Shown here: in pieces, positions 9,477 to 19,560 of the stretch
How the letters are laid out: each line of letters opens with the position of its first letter
Numbering within the stretch: position 1 is the stretch's first letter
Assembly (NCBI GenBank): GCA_964625385.1
Contig: CAZVBT010000007.1
Coordinates: forward strand, 1 to 52,919
DNA: 52,919 bases
Direction: 5' to 3'
From: an uncultured Melioribacter sp.
GTDB taxonomy: Bacteria; Bacteroidota; Ignavibacteria; Ignavibacteriales; Melioribacteraceae
The notes under the pieces: generated by a model
The model's input: only the letters and a program-made list of their open reading frames with translations
Databases searched by the model: none
Told to the model about the DNA's origin: nothing
Translations under genes and position numbers: made by a program

Positions 9477-10787
9477 ATGTCCTTGCTAAAAGAAAAACTA
9501 CAAGAAAAAATCGCAATTGAAAGACCACGCACCGAAAAATTATTAAAAGAGTTTGGTAATGTAAAAGTTGATGAAGTTACCATTGGTCAAATCATTGGTG
9601 GAATGCGTGATATTAAAAGTCTTGTTACAGATATTTCATATCTCGATCCTTATGAAGGAATACGTTTCAGAGGATTGACAATTCCTGAAGTGCTTGAAAA
9701 ATTACCAAAAGTTCCAGGTGCAGAAATGCCTTATGTCGAAGGATTTTATTATTTCCTTTTAACCGGAGATCTTCCAACAGAAAATGAAGTTAACGCTATT
9801 CATGAAGAATTCAACAATCGCAAACAAGTCCCCGATTATGTTTTTAATATCATTAAATCAATGCCAATTGATTCACATCCAATGACAATGTTTGCAACGG
9901 CAATAATGTCTATGCAAAAAGATTCAATCTTTGCAAAAAAATATCATGAAGGTATAAAGAAAACTGATTACTGGCAATATTATTTAGAAGATGCACTGAA
10001 TCTTTTAGCAAAATTACCTGAAATTGCTGCATACATTTACAGATTAAAATACAGAAACGGAGATATAATTCCGCCAGATCCAAATTTAGATTTTGGTGGA
10101 AACTTTGCTCACATGATGGGAATTGCAAAACCATACGATGATATTTCACGTTTATATTTCATACTTCACAGCGACCATGAAAGTGGAAATGTTAGTGCAC
10201 ACACCGGCCATTTAGTTGCCAGTGCTTTATCAGATATGTATTATGCTATTAGTGCAATGCTAAATGGTTTAGCTGGTCCGCTTCATGGTTTAGCAAATGA
10301 AGAAGTTCTTCGTTGGCTGCATAGCGTTTATGAACAATTAGGTGGAAAAATTCCTACTGAAGAAGAAATGAAAAAATTTGTAAATGATACTCTTGATGCC
10401 GGAAAAGTTATACCTGGTTTTGGTCATGCAGTTTTAAGAAAAACTGATCCACGATACATGGCTCAACGCGAATTTTGCTTAAAACATTTACCAGATGATC
10501 CGCTTTTCAAATATGTTGATTTACTTTTCAAGGTTGTCCCAGATATTTTACTTGCTCGTGGTAAAGCAAAAAATCCTTGGCCAAATGTGGATGCTCAATC
10601 TGGTGTTCTTCAATGGTATTACGGTGTTAAAGAATATGATTTTTATACTGTTCTTTTTGGTATAGGACGTTCTTTAGGTGTAACAGCAAATATTATTTGG
10701 GCAAGAGCTTTAGGTTATCCGATTGAGAGACCAAAATCTCTTACAACAAAAATGCTTGAGGATGTTGCCTTAGGTAAAAAAGAATAA
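9477..10787 (+). CDS. gltA: Citrate (Si)-synthase, eukaryote-like type
   Basis: HSDHESGN, GLAGPLHGLANEE, PGFGHAVLRKTDPR, WPNVDAQSG, IERPKS; GGAGG SD. Confidence 0.93.
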   Translation: MSLLKEKLQEKIAIERPRTEKLLKEFGNVKVDEVTIGQIIGGMRDIKSLVTDISYLDPYEGIRFRGLTIPEVLEKLPKVPGAEMPYVEGFYYFLLTGDLPTENEVNAIHEEFNNRKQVPDYVFNIIKSMPIDSHPMTMFATAIMSMQKDSIFAKKYHEGIKKTDYWQYYLEDALNLLAKLPEIAAYIYRLKYRNGDIIPPDPNLDFGGNFAHMMGIAKPYDDISRLYFILHSDHESGNVSAHTGHLVASALSDMYYAISAMLNGLAGPLHGLANEEVLRWLHSVYEQLGGKIPTEEEMKKFVNDTLDAGKVIPGFGHAVLRKTDPRYMAQREFCLKHLPDDPLFKYVDLLFKVVPDILLARGKAKNPWPNVDAQSGVLQWYYGVKEYDFYTVLFGIGRSLGVTANIIWARALGYPIERPKSLTTKMLEDVALGKKE

Positions 10788-10810
10788 ACTTTAATTGTTT
10801 ATAAATTATA

Positions 10811-10850
10811 AAAAAAACGGATTAACAAAATTAATTGTTAATCCGTTTTT
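10811..10850. terminator. Bidirectional intrinsic terminator between convergent gltA and mdh
   Basis: Perfect inverted repeat AAAAACGGATTAACAA-aattaa-TTGTTAATCCGTTTTT with T tracts on both strands. Confidence 0.8.
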
Positions 10851-10867
10851 AATTTCTAAAATGTAAT

Positions 10868-11833
10868 TTAGAATCCTAATCTTTCCATGTCTGCGATAAG
10901 ATTTTTAACCGCATTAACAGAATTATTAAATGCAGCTTGTTCTTCTTCATCAAGTTTAAATTCGATTATTTTTTCTGCGCCATTTGAACCTAAAACAACT
11001 GGAACGCCAACATAATAACCGTGAACATCAAATTCACCATTTAAATAAGCACAAGTAGGTAAAACTCTTTTTTCGTCGTATAAAATTGATTCAGCCATTG
11101 CAATTGCAGATGAAGCAGGAGAGTAAAATGCAGAACCGGTTTTTAACAAATTAACAACTTCACCACCAGCCATTTTAGTTCTGTTAACTAATGCTGCCAT
11201 AACTTCTTTTGCTTTTGCCGCATCGTTATATTTTCTTTCAAGTAATTCCATAACCGGAATACCATTAACATTTGCATAACGAACAATTGGAACCATAGTA
11301 TCACCATGACCGCCAAGAACCATTGCATTAACATCTTTAACAGAAACACCAAGTTCCCAAGCAATAAAAGTTGCAAAGCGAGAAGAATCTAAAACGCCAG
11401 CTTGACCAATAACACGATTATGAGGAAAACCAGTTATTTTTTGACACAATGTAACCATAGCATCAAGTGGGTTTGAAATAACAATAACGATTGAATCAGG
11501 TGCATATTGTTTTACATTTTCTGCAACAGTTTTCATAATATTGGCATTGACTGTCAAAAGATCATCACGGCTCATGCCAGGTTTTCTTGGTAAACCTGCG
11601 GTTATAATTACGATATCTGAGCCTTCTAAATCTTTGTAATCATTTGTTCCTTTCATATTTACATCAAAACCATCTACGCGTGAGGCTTCAACAATGTCTA
11701 ATGTTTTACCTTGCGGCAATCCTTCTACAATATCAAAAAGAACAACATCTGCTAATTGTTTTTGTGCTATTAATTGAGCAAGCACACCACCAATTTGCCC
11801 GCCACCAACTAAAGAAATTTTTTTCCTTGCCAT
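10868..11833 (-). CDS. mdh: Malate dehydrogenase (LDH-like)
   Basis: [39 protein letters not shown]. Confidence 0.96.
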   Translation of the reverse strand: MARKKISLVGGGQIGGVLAQLIAQKQLADVVLFDIVEGLPQGKTLDIVEASRVDGFDVNMKGTNDYKDLEGSDIVIITAGLPRKPGMSRDDLLTVNANIMKTVAENVKQYAPDSIVIVISNPLDAMVTLCQKITGFPHNRVIGQAGVLDSSRFATFIAWELGVSVKDVNAMVLGGHGDTMVPIVRYANVNGIPVMELLERKYNDAAKAKEVMAALVNRTKMAGGEVVNLLKTGSAFYSPASSAIAMAESILYDEKRVLPTCAYLNGEFDVHGYYVGVPVVLGSNGAEKIIEFKLDEEEQAAFNNSVNAVKNLIADMERLGF

Positions 11834-11908
11834 ATAAACTCCATTGATTAATAATTTTTTTAATTGCAGTGTAATATAAAAAGATTAGAAACTAATTCAC
11901 AAGAAAAT

Positions 11909-12322
11909 CTATTTGAGGTTTAAAACTAATATTACCTGAGTGCCATTTGGTGTGAAGTTATAAATTAAATCATCAAGAAAATTTTTCATTATGTGAATTC
12001 CACGACCACTTTCTTTTAAGATATTTTCTGGTTTGGTTGGATCAGGAACAGAAGAAATATCAAATCCTTTTCCTTCATCTTTGAGTGATATGAATAGTTT
12101 GTTATTTTCAATGTAAACTTCTATTTCAACATTTTTTTCATCGTTATATTTATTGCCATGTTTCATGCTGTTTGATATTGCTTCAGAAAAGGAAAGTGCA
12201 AGGCTATTAATTTTATTTTTATCAATGTTTAATGAATTTGCAATTTGTATGATATCTTCTTCAAGTTCAGGTAAAATTTCCGGATTCGATTTTACAATTT
12301 TATGTAAAAGATAAGTTGCCAA
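11909..12322 (-). CDS. RsbW-like anti-sigma factor / Ser-Thr kinase (HATPase_c)
   Basis: SEAISNSMKHG (N box), DEGKGFD (G1), GRGIHIM (G2); TTG start. Confidence 0.85.
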   Translation of the reverse strand: MATYLLHKIVKSNPEILPELEEDIIQIANSLNIDKNKINSLALSFSEAISNSMKHGNKYNDEKNVEIEVYIENNKLFISLKDEGKGFDISSVPDPTKPENILKESGRGIHIMKNFLDDLIYNFTPNGTQVILVLNLK

Positions 12323-12387
12323 GATTTCCTTTTGATTTATTTATTTTATCAAAAAATATAATTCGATAATCTATTGTGCAAATTGAA

Positions 12388-14283
12388 TTAAAATTTATAG
12401 TAAATACGTAAATCTAAATTTGCCATTTCTCTTTTTTTATTTGATTCATCTTTTATGAATTCATACCAACTAAAAATTTTTAATTCAAGTTTATCAATTA
12501 AATTAATTATAATATCAAAAGTTGGTCCTACACTTGAGTATTGAGATATTAATTTTTTCATTTTTGAATTTACAAATGAAAATGTTTGTAATGAAAAAAA
12601 TTTTACTCCGAGATTGAATTCAACAATAGAATATTTGTAAAAAAAAGATTGTTGAATAAATTTTTCTTGAAGATGTCTTTGTGGAGATTCCGAGAAATTT
12701 TGCCAGTTAAAATTTCCTTGTTCAGAAATTTTTAAATATCCGTTAAAATTTACACCAAAATTTTTATTCAAAATTATTTTACTTGAATCGCGAAAACCAA
12801 ATTGCCTGAAAGAGTAACTTTTATAGTTTGGATTTAATTCTTCATAGTCAAATACTGTATAGTTTGCTGAAACTTCAGCTGTATTTTTGGTAAATAGAAA
12901 ACTATTTGAAAATGAACCACCACTTAAAAATTTTATTGTTCTTTTAATATTATTGTTTGAACTTCTTTGAGAAAAAATATAAACCATTTTATTTATGCTT
13001 GTTTCAAAATTTATAAAAGCATTAAAAAATTTATTGAAATTGTGTAAATAGTTTATATTACCGATAGAAAGTAATTCATCTCTGTCGTCAAAATTTAAGT
13101 TGCTTGGGGTATCATATTGAAGTTTGCGATGAAACAATGAAAAGGAAATTATGTTGTTTTTTATGGTGTATGAACCAGTCAATGATATATTAGCTAATTG
13201 TGATGAATTATTTTTTTGTTCTTCTAAAATTTTTCTTTCTTCAAATACAATGTTTGAAATGCCTTCGTATTTATTTGGTTGATGCTTTTCATCTCGTTCA
13301 GTATATGAAAATCTAAATGCTAAATCTAAATCTCTTTTTTTGTATTCAACTAATGAAAAGAATTCTAATCTTAACTCGTTTATTTTTGTATCATAGTTGA
13401 TATTAGGAATGTTGTTAAGTGAAATATATCTTGTTTTGCGGTCAATATCTCTAAATGAAATTCGTCCGATTAAGTCAAATGTAAATGGTGAATCATTCTG
13501 TATTAGTTTTAATCTTTCCTGAATGTTATAGTTTGTTTCTATTCTGCTTTGAATGTTGTTTGAAATTCCAAATTCATCGCTTGTTAGCTTATCGGCTGTG
13601 AAGTAAAAATCTCTCCTTTGTTGTAAATAATTTGTACTAATTGTATTGGAAAAATTTTCATTAATGTTGTTTGAAAGATCAAAGTTTATTAATCTTAAAA
13701 TATTTTTTTTGGGTGAAATATCTTCATTCTTGTATTTGATTATTGAATTAATTTCAAATTCACCTAAATTAAAATCATCAATATTTGTTTCTAACCCGTA
13801 AACATAACCGTTATCATTTTCATTAAGCTGATTATTTTGTTCAAATCCCAAAAAGGGAATAATATTAATTTTGGAAAATGGTGAGTAATCTAAAAACAAA
13901 ATTGTTGTTAATACTGATGCTTTATTCAAACCAACATTTCTATCATCATTATAGATGTTGTTTCCAATATAAAATCCTAAATTAAATTGTTCATCAAATT
14001 GATAATTAGTTTGAGCGTTTAATAAATGTTCATCTTTTATGTTCTTTAAATTCGTTTTTATTGTTGTTGAATTAAATTGTTCATTAATACCAAAAAAAAT
14101 TTTATTGAATGTAAATGAGTTTTTGAAATTTAATGAGTAAAAATTTGTTTTTAATTGTTTGTTAAAAGAATTAGAAAATAATTTTTCAGAATATAATTTT
14201 CTTGAAAAGGAAAGACTATCTTTAGATTGTTGGGCAATAGTAATAGTTGATAAAATAAATAATAGAAAGCAAAATTTTTTCAT
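12388..14283 (-). CDS. Hypothetical outer-membrane beta-barrel protein
   Basis: Signal peptide from ATG 14283 (TAATG overlap with the upstream stop); alternating aromatic/hydrophobic strands; C-terminal LRIYYKF BamA-type signal. Confidence 0.65.
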   Translation of the reverse strand: MKKFCFLLFILSTITIAQQSKDSLSFSRKLYSEKLFSNSFNKQLKTNFYSLNFKNSFTFNKIFFGINEQFNSTTIKTNLKNIKDEHLLNAQTNYQFDEQFNLGFYIGNNIYNDDRNVGLNKASVLTTILFLDYSPFSKINIIPFLGFEQNNQLNENDNGYVYGLETNIDDFNLGEFEINSIIKYKNEDISPKKNILRLINFDLSNNINENFSNTISTNYLQQRRDFYFTADKLTSDEFGISNNIQSRIETNYNIQERLKLIQNDSPFTFDLIGRISFRDIDRKTRYISLNNIPNINYDTKINELRLEFFSLVEYKKRDLDLAFRFSYTERDEKHQPNKYEGISNIVFEERKILEEQKNNSSQLANISLTGSYTIKNNIISFSLFHRKLQYDTPSNLNFDDRDELLSIGNINYLHNFNKFFNAFINFETSINKMVYIFSQRSSNNNIKRTIKFLSGGSFSNSFLFTKNTAEVSANYTVFDYEELNPNYKSYSFRQFGFRDSSKIILNKNFGVNFNGYLKISEQGNFNWQNFSESPQRHLQEKFIQQSFFYKYSIVEFNLGVKFFSLQTFSFVNSKMKKLISQYSSVGPTFDIIINLIDKLELKIFSWYEFIKDESNKKREMANLDLRIYYKF

Positions 14284-15236
14284 TACTGAATCAAAGTGAA
14301 AGTGTAAAAATCCGTTATACAATTTGTTTCAGATGAATTTGGTAAAAACACAAGTATTCGCCACTTATATTTTTTTCCGTTGCTTAAATTTAAGTTCATC
14401 GGAATTATTATTTCCTCTTTTATTTTGCTCGAATTTAATGAAGTTTCATTTATTAATGTGTCAGTATTAAAATCAAAAATTGCAATTTTATAAATGGCAG
14501 GTAAGGAACTTGTTATGAATTTAATTTCATTTAATTTATTTATTGTTACATTGTTTGATGGATAAACTTGTTTTGGCAAATCGGGAATTTTTGTAGTAAC
14601 AGCTAAAGTAGCCTGACTTTTTAATCCGCCTTTATCAACAGCTTTTATTTTGTAATAAAAATTTTGCAAAACTTTCAAGTTAGTTTTATCCTCAAAAAAT
14701 GTTGTGTTGGATTTTTTATAAACTTCATCCATGTTATAAAAAAATTCAGTTGTATCACGATATATTTCATAATAACTAATATCAGTGTCATAAAGTTGTG
14801 TCCATTTCAAATTTATTGAAAGATCACCATTAATATTTTTGGGAATTATTGATTCAACGATTGGTCTTGTTGGGTAATAAATGTTTTCAGGTTTAGCAAA
14901 AACAATCTTAGTAAAACCACTTTCCTTCAAATTTTTATTCATGGCTTTCAGTTTATAATAATAAGTGGAATTATATTCCAGGTGTGTATCCACAAAAAAT
15001 TTTTCATATGTTGATTTATAAAAAGAGAAATTTATTGTATCGTTAACGCTTCTATAAATTAGATAATTATCGGTCGAATTATTGGGAATCCATTCTAAAC
15101 CAACTTGTCCATCGAATGCAGCATAAACTTTAAAACCCATAGGTATTTGTGGAACATTAGTATCTTCGTAAAAGGTTATTTCTTTTTCACGACAGCCAAT
15201 AAATAGTATCAACCAAAACAGCTTAAAGATTTTCAA
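14283..15236 (-). CDS. Lipoprotein with two fibronectin type III-like domains
   Basis: Lipobox LFIGC; two repeats of W...Y.IYR...D..L....YYYK.KA. Start uncertain (TTG 15236 or ATG 15263). Confidence 0.7.
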   Translation of the reverse strand: MKIFKLFWLILFIGCREKEITFYEDTNVPQIPMGFKVYAAFDGQVGLEWIPNNSTDNYLIYRSVNDTINFSFYKSTYEKFFVDTHLEYNSTYYYKLKAMNKNLKESGFTKIVFAKPENIYYPTRPIVESIIPKNINGDLSINLKWTQLYDTDISYYEIYRDTTEFFYNMDEVYKKSNTTFFEDKTNLKVLQNFYYKIKAVDKGGLKSQATLAVTTKIPDLPKQVYPSNNVTINKLNEIKFITSSLPAIYKIAIFDFNTDTLINETSLNSSKIKEEIIIPMNLNLSNGKKYKWRILVFLPNSSETNCITDFYTFTLIQ

Positions 15237-16620
15237 TTTGACCACGTTCTGGTATTTCAACATTTTTCAAACCGTTATTAATTAATCTTTTCTGAAGTAT
15301 TTCTTGCTGTTCAATTTCACCATGAACTAAAAAAATTTTTTTCAAAGAATTTTTTTCTATACTGTTTGTATAATTAAAAAGTTCGTCGGCATCAGCATGT
15401 GCACTAAAAGAATCTAAAACTATAACTTCGGCTTTAACATTGTAAGAATCACCAAAAATATTTACTTGTTTTTCGCCATCAATTAGTTTTCTTGCAAGTG
15501 TATTTTCTGCTGCATAACCAACAATTAAGATGATGTTATTTTCATTTTCAATATTGTTTGCAAGATGATGTAAAATTCTTCCCGTTTCAGCCATACCTGA
15601 ACTTGACAAAATTATACAAGGTCCCGAAACTTCATTTAGCTTTTTTGAATCTTCAACATTTTTAACGTAAATCAATTTATTAAAACCAAATGGATCTTCA
15701 TTTTTATGAATAAATTCATTTGCCTCTTTATCAAAACATTCAGGATGTAATCTAAATACTTCAGTTGCATTAACAGCAAGGGGACTATCAACATAAACAG
15801 GAATTCTTTCTTTTTCATTTCTATCAAAAATTCTGTGCAGTGCATAAACAATTTCCTGAGTTCTGCCAACACTAAAAGCAGGAATAATTATCTTACTTTT
15901 TTTCATCTTTGCTTTAAGAATAACTTCTTCAAGTTGTTTCTCAGAATCAAGCGGATTATGATGAGTTTTGCCGCCATAAGTGCTTTCAGTAATCCAATAT
16001 TCAACCGGAGGAATTTTTTCCGGGTCACGTAAAATTGGCAAATTTGGTCTTCCTAAATCACCGGAAAAACCTAAATGAAATATTTTTCCATTCTCTTTTA
16101 TTTTTAAATAAACAATTGATGAACCAAGAATATGTCCAGCATCGTAAAAGGTAACAGAGACATTTGGTGTAATCTTAAATTCAAAATGATAATTAATTCC
16201 AATAAATTTTTTCAATGTTTCTAATGCATCATCTAAAACATACAATGGTTCAAATAAATTTTTATTTTGTTTTTTCCTTTTTTTATTTACAAACTGTACA
16301 TCTCTTTCCTGAATGTGTGCAGAATCCTGAAGCATTATTGTGCATAAATCTCTTGTTGCAAATGTTGAATAAATGTTTCCTTCAAAACCATTTTTTACAA
16401 GTGTTGGTAAATTACCTGAGTGGTCAATATGCGCATGTGATAAAATTACGAAGTCAATTTCTTCAGGATTGAAATAATTAAATGTTTTGTTTATTTCAAA
16501 TGCTTCTTTTCTTTTACCTTGATATAATCCACAGTCTAATAAAAATGTACTTTCGTTTGTTTTTATTAAGTGCATTGAACCGGTTACTGTTTGTGCAGCT
16601 CCAATAAATTGAATTCGCAT
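15223..16620 (-). CDS. MBL-fold beta-CASP metallo-hydrolase (putative RNA-processing nuclease)
   Basis: GAAQTVTGS, SHAHIDHSG, AGHILGS, ESTYG, FSVGRTQE, FSAHAD, LVHGE. Confidence 0.92.
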   Translation of the reverse strand: MRIQFIGAAQTVTGSMHLIKTNESTFLLDCGLYQGKRKEAFEINKTFNYFNPEEIDFVILSHAHIDHSGNLPTLVKNGFEGNIYSTFATRDLCTIMLQDSAHIQERDVQFVNKKRKKQNKNLFEPLYVLDDALETLKKFIGINYHFEFKITPNVSVTFYDAGHILGSSIVYLKIKENGKIFHLGFSGDLGRPNLPILRDPEKIPPVEYWITESTYGGKTHHNPLDSEKQLEEVILKAKMKKSKIIIPAFSVGRTQEIVYALHRIFDRNEKERIPVYVDSPLAVNATEVFRLHPECFDKEANEFIHKNEDPFGFNKLIYVKNVEDSKKLNEVSGPCIILSSSGMAETGRILHHLANNIENENNIILIVGYAAENTLARKLIDGEKQVNIFGDSYNVKAEVIVLDSFSAHADADELFNYTNSIEKNSLKKIFLVHGEIEQQEILQKRLINNGLKNVEIPERGQIENL

Positions 16621-16630
16621 ACAATTACTC

Positions 16631-17665
16631 TCATATTTTATATAATTCTAATCCTGTCTTAATTTCTATAATGATAGTTTTAATTGTAGTTGTCAAAGGA
16701 ATTGCTATTAACATTCCTAACAATCCTAACAACTCGTTACCAACTAAAATTAAAAAAATTATTACAACAGGATGCAAATCTGTACTTTTAGAAAATATTT
16801 TCGGTTGAATGATCCCATTATCCAATGTATAAACAACTGCAAATAAAATTATCAATGAAGGCAGCATTGAAAAATTGCCATACTGAAATAATGAAATTAT
16901 CAAAGCTGGTAAACCTCCAATTACAGGACCGAAATAAGGAATTAAATGTCCAACGCCAGCAATAAAACCGATCGAAATTGAATTGTTTATACCTAAAATT
17001 GTTAAACCAATTGTTATTAAAGAGCCAACAACAAATGCATCAAGTATCCATCCGCGTACATATCTGCTTAATTGGTGAGTAGTTTTTGAAACTACATATT
17101 TAGTTAAATCAGAATATCTTGATGGAGAAAGATTTATTATTCCTTCGATTAATTTTTTACTATCCTTAAGTAAAAAGAATGTAATAAATGGAACAATAAA
17201 CAACACAACAAAAAAAGAAAATAAATTCATGAATAATTTTGAAAGGTTATTGCTAATGTTACTGAAAAAATTACTAAAAAATTTTGCAAACTGAGTTGTT
17301 AAATCTACACCAGATAAAAATGGAAATTTTGTAATTATTGTTTCTTCAAGATAGGATAAAATTAATTTAATTTTTTCTTCAGTTAAATTTTCTAACAAAT
17401 GATTTGTTTGATTTATGAGTTTTGGAACAAGAAAATATAAACTAATAAATAATAAAAAAGAGCAAATAGAAAATATAACTAATACGCTAATACTTCTTGG
17501 GATTTTTTTATTTTCAAAAAAATCGACAACCGGTTTAAAGATAAAAGAAATTAAAATAGATGAAATGAAAATGATTAATGATTTTTTAATAAAAATGAAC
17601 GAAAATACTATTAACAGTATGAGCAGAATTATGCTTAACCAAAAAAAATATTTTTTCTTTTCCAT
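16631..17665 (-). CDS. AI-2E (PerM) family transporter
   Basis: P.VDFFE.KKIPR, FFLLKD, IPYFGPVIG, QPKIFS...DLHPV, GMLIAIP. Confidence 0.9.
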   Translation of the reverse strand: MEKKKYFFWLSIILLILLIVFSFIFIKKSLIIFISSILISFIFKPVVDFFENKKIPRSISVLVIFSICSFLLFISLYFLVPKLINQTNHLLENLTEEKIKLILSYLEETIITKFPFLSGVDLTTQFAKFFSNFFSNISNNLSKLFMNLFSFFVVLFIVPFITFFLLKDSKKLIEGIINLSPSRYSDLTKYVVSKTTHQLSRYVRGWILDAFVVGSLITIGLTILGINNSISIGFIAGVGHLIPYFGPVIGGLPALIISLFQYGNFSMLPSLIILFAVVYTLDNGIIQPKIFSKSTDLHPVVIIFLILVGNELLGLLGMLIAIPLTTTIKTIIIEIKTGLELYKI

Positions 17666-17787
17666 AAAGTAATCTTAATAATCATTGAAAATATTGATAA
17701 ATATAAACTCAAATTCAAACTAAATAAACAAAATTTAATCCCATATACATATATTTACAATTGGAATTAAACAATTTAGGAAATCAA

Positions 17788-18771
17788 ATGGCTGAAATTG
17801 AATTATTAAAACAAATCAGAGAAAAAGCATCTCTAAAGAAAAGAACTATTGTACTCCCGGAATCTCATGATGAAAGAGTATTAAAAGCAGCAGAAATTTT
17901 AACAAAAGAAAAAGTTGCATCAATTATTACATTAGGAAACGAAGATAAAATTCGCACCGATGCACAAAAATTAAATGTTGATTTACAAGGAATCAGAATT
18001 ATTGATCCGGAGAAATCAGAAAAGCTAAGTGACTTTGCAAATGTCTTTTATAATCTTAGAAAACATAAAGGTGTTACAATTGAACAAGCAAGAGATACAA
18101 TTAAGCGAGATATTTTCTTCGCAGGTATGATGGTGCGCGAAGGTTTAGCTCACGGAAGTGTTTCTGGTTCTTTTGCAACAACTGCTGATGTAACTCGTGC
18201 AGCAATATTTTGTGTTGGTTTGCAAAAAGGAATTTCAATTCTTTCAAGTTTTTTCATTATGGCTTATCCAAATAAAGTTTATAGTTTTGCCGATTGCGCT
18301 GTTAATCCAAATCCTGATGCAAGTCAGCTTGCAGATATTGCAATTTCAACAGCAGAAAATCATCAAAAGTTGACTGGCGAAGAACCCTACGTTGCAATGT
18401 TATCATTTTCTACAAAGGGAAGTGCAGAACATGAATTAGTTGATAAAGTCCGTAAAGCAACAGAGTTAGTCAGAGAAAGAAAACCAGAACTAAAAGTTGA
18501 TGGTGAATTACAATTTGATGCCGCAATAGTTGAAAACGTTGGAAAGAAAAAAGCACCTGGAAGTGAAGTTGCTGGTCGCGCAAATGTATTAGTCTTTCCA
18601 GATCTAAATGCTGGAAATATTGGATATAAAATTGCTCAACGTCTTGGTGGTGCTGAAGCTATTGGTCCAGTTAATCAAGGACTTATTAAACCATTCTTTG
18701 ATCTATCACGTGGTTGCAGTGTTGAGGATATTGTTAACACAACAGCTATTGCATGCCTAATGGCAGAATAA
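17788..18771 (+). CDS. pta: Phosphate acetyltransferase (short form)
   Basis: [54 protein letters not shown] 17788 preferred over TTG 17761. Confidence 0.95.
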   Translation: MAEIELLKQIREKASLKKRTIVLPESHDERVLKAAEILTKEKVASIITLGNEDKIRTDAQKLNVDLQGIRIIDPEKSEKLSDFANVFYNLRKHKGVTIEQARDTIKRDIFFAGMMVREGLAHGSVSGSFATTADVTRAAIFCVGLQKGISILSSFFIMAYPNKVYSFADCAVNPNPDASQLADIAISTAENHQKLTGEEPYVAMLSFSTKGSAEHELVDKVRKATELVRERKPELKVDGELQFDAAIVENVGKKKAPGSEVAGRANVLVFPDLNAGNIGYKIAQRLGGAEAIGPVNQGLIKPFFDLSRGCSVEDIVNTTAIACLMAE

Positions 18772-18794
18772 ATTTTACTTTTCAGAAAATTAAT

Positions 18795-18824
18795 TGTCAT
18801 CCGAAGCTAAGTCGAAGGGTGACA
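18795..18824. repeat. REP-like imperfect palindrome
   Basis: TGTCATCC-GAAGCTAAGTCGAA-GGGTGACA: 8-bp stem with one G-T pair, GC-richer than flanks, no U tract. Confidence 0.5.
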
Positions 18825-18907
18825 TATTTAATTTCCATTCTACTACTATTTAAAGAATAATTTGGAACTAAATTCATTTAAAAATTTGTTTTGATAATTA
18901 AAATGGA

Positions 18908-19495
18908 ATGAAAATGAAAAGATTAATTAATATCATTACAAGTTTGTTAATATTATTTTCTACACAAAATTTTGCAAGAATAAATCCTAAAACACCTTCA
19001 GAAACTTCTAACAACATACTTGATTTATCGGTAAGAAATATAGATGGTAAAGAAGTAAAACTTTCACAATACAAAGGGAAAGTTTTGTTAATAGTAAATG
19101 TTGCAAGCAAATGTGGTTACACACCACAATATGAAGGTTTAGAAAAAATTTATGAAAAATATAAAGACAAAGGTTTTGAAATTTTAGCTTTCCCTTGCAA
19201 TGATTTTGGAGGTCAGGAGCCAGGTACAAATGAAGAAATTAAAGAATTTTGTTCTTCAAAGTTTAATGTAACATTTCCACTATTTGATAAAATAAAAGTT
19301 ATAGGCAAAGAAAAATCACCTTTATATGAAAGACTAATTAATAGTAAAAATGTTGAGCAAGGTGATATAAAATGGAATTTTGAAAAATTTTTAATTGATA
19401 AAAAAGGTGAAATTGTAGCGAGATTCAGAAGTAAAGTAAAACCAGAAAGTGAAGAATTAATTTCTGCAATAGAAGTAGAACTAAATAAAAAATAA
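18908..19495 (+). CDS. Glutathione peroxidase family protein (Cys type) with signal peptide
   Basis: NVASKCGYT, AFPCNDFGGQEPG, IKWNFEKFL; N-terminal signal peptide (NFA cleavage). Confidence 0.93.
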   Translation: MKMKRLINIITSLLILFSTQNFARINPKTPSETSNNILDLSVRNIDGKEVKLSQYKGKVLLIVNVASKCGYTPQYEGLEKIYEKYKDKGFEILAFPCNDFGGQEPGTNEEIKEFCSSKFNVTFPLFDKIKVIGKEKSPLYERLINSKNVEQGDIKWNFEKFLIDKKGEIVARFRSKVKPESEELISAIEVELNKK

Positions 19496-19500
19496 ATAAT

Positions 19501-19550
19501 AAAAATTCCACGAGCTAAACCTAAACGAAAAGTTTAGCTCGATGGAAAAA
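19501..19550 (-). terminator. Intrinsic terminator between convergent peroxidase gene and malQ
   Basis: TTCCA-CGAGCTAAAC...GTTTAGCTCG-A-TGGAA inverted repeat; T tract follows on the minus strand. Confidence 0.7.
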
Positions 19551-19560
19551 TAAATTTACT

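Noticed and set aside
19090-19125. Selenocysteine in the peroxidase (and msrB) active sites
   Set aside because: Codons are TGT (Cys); no in-frame TGA.
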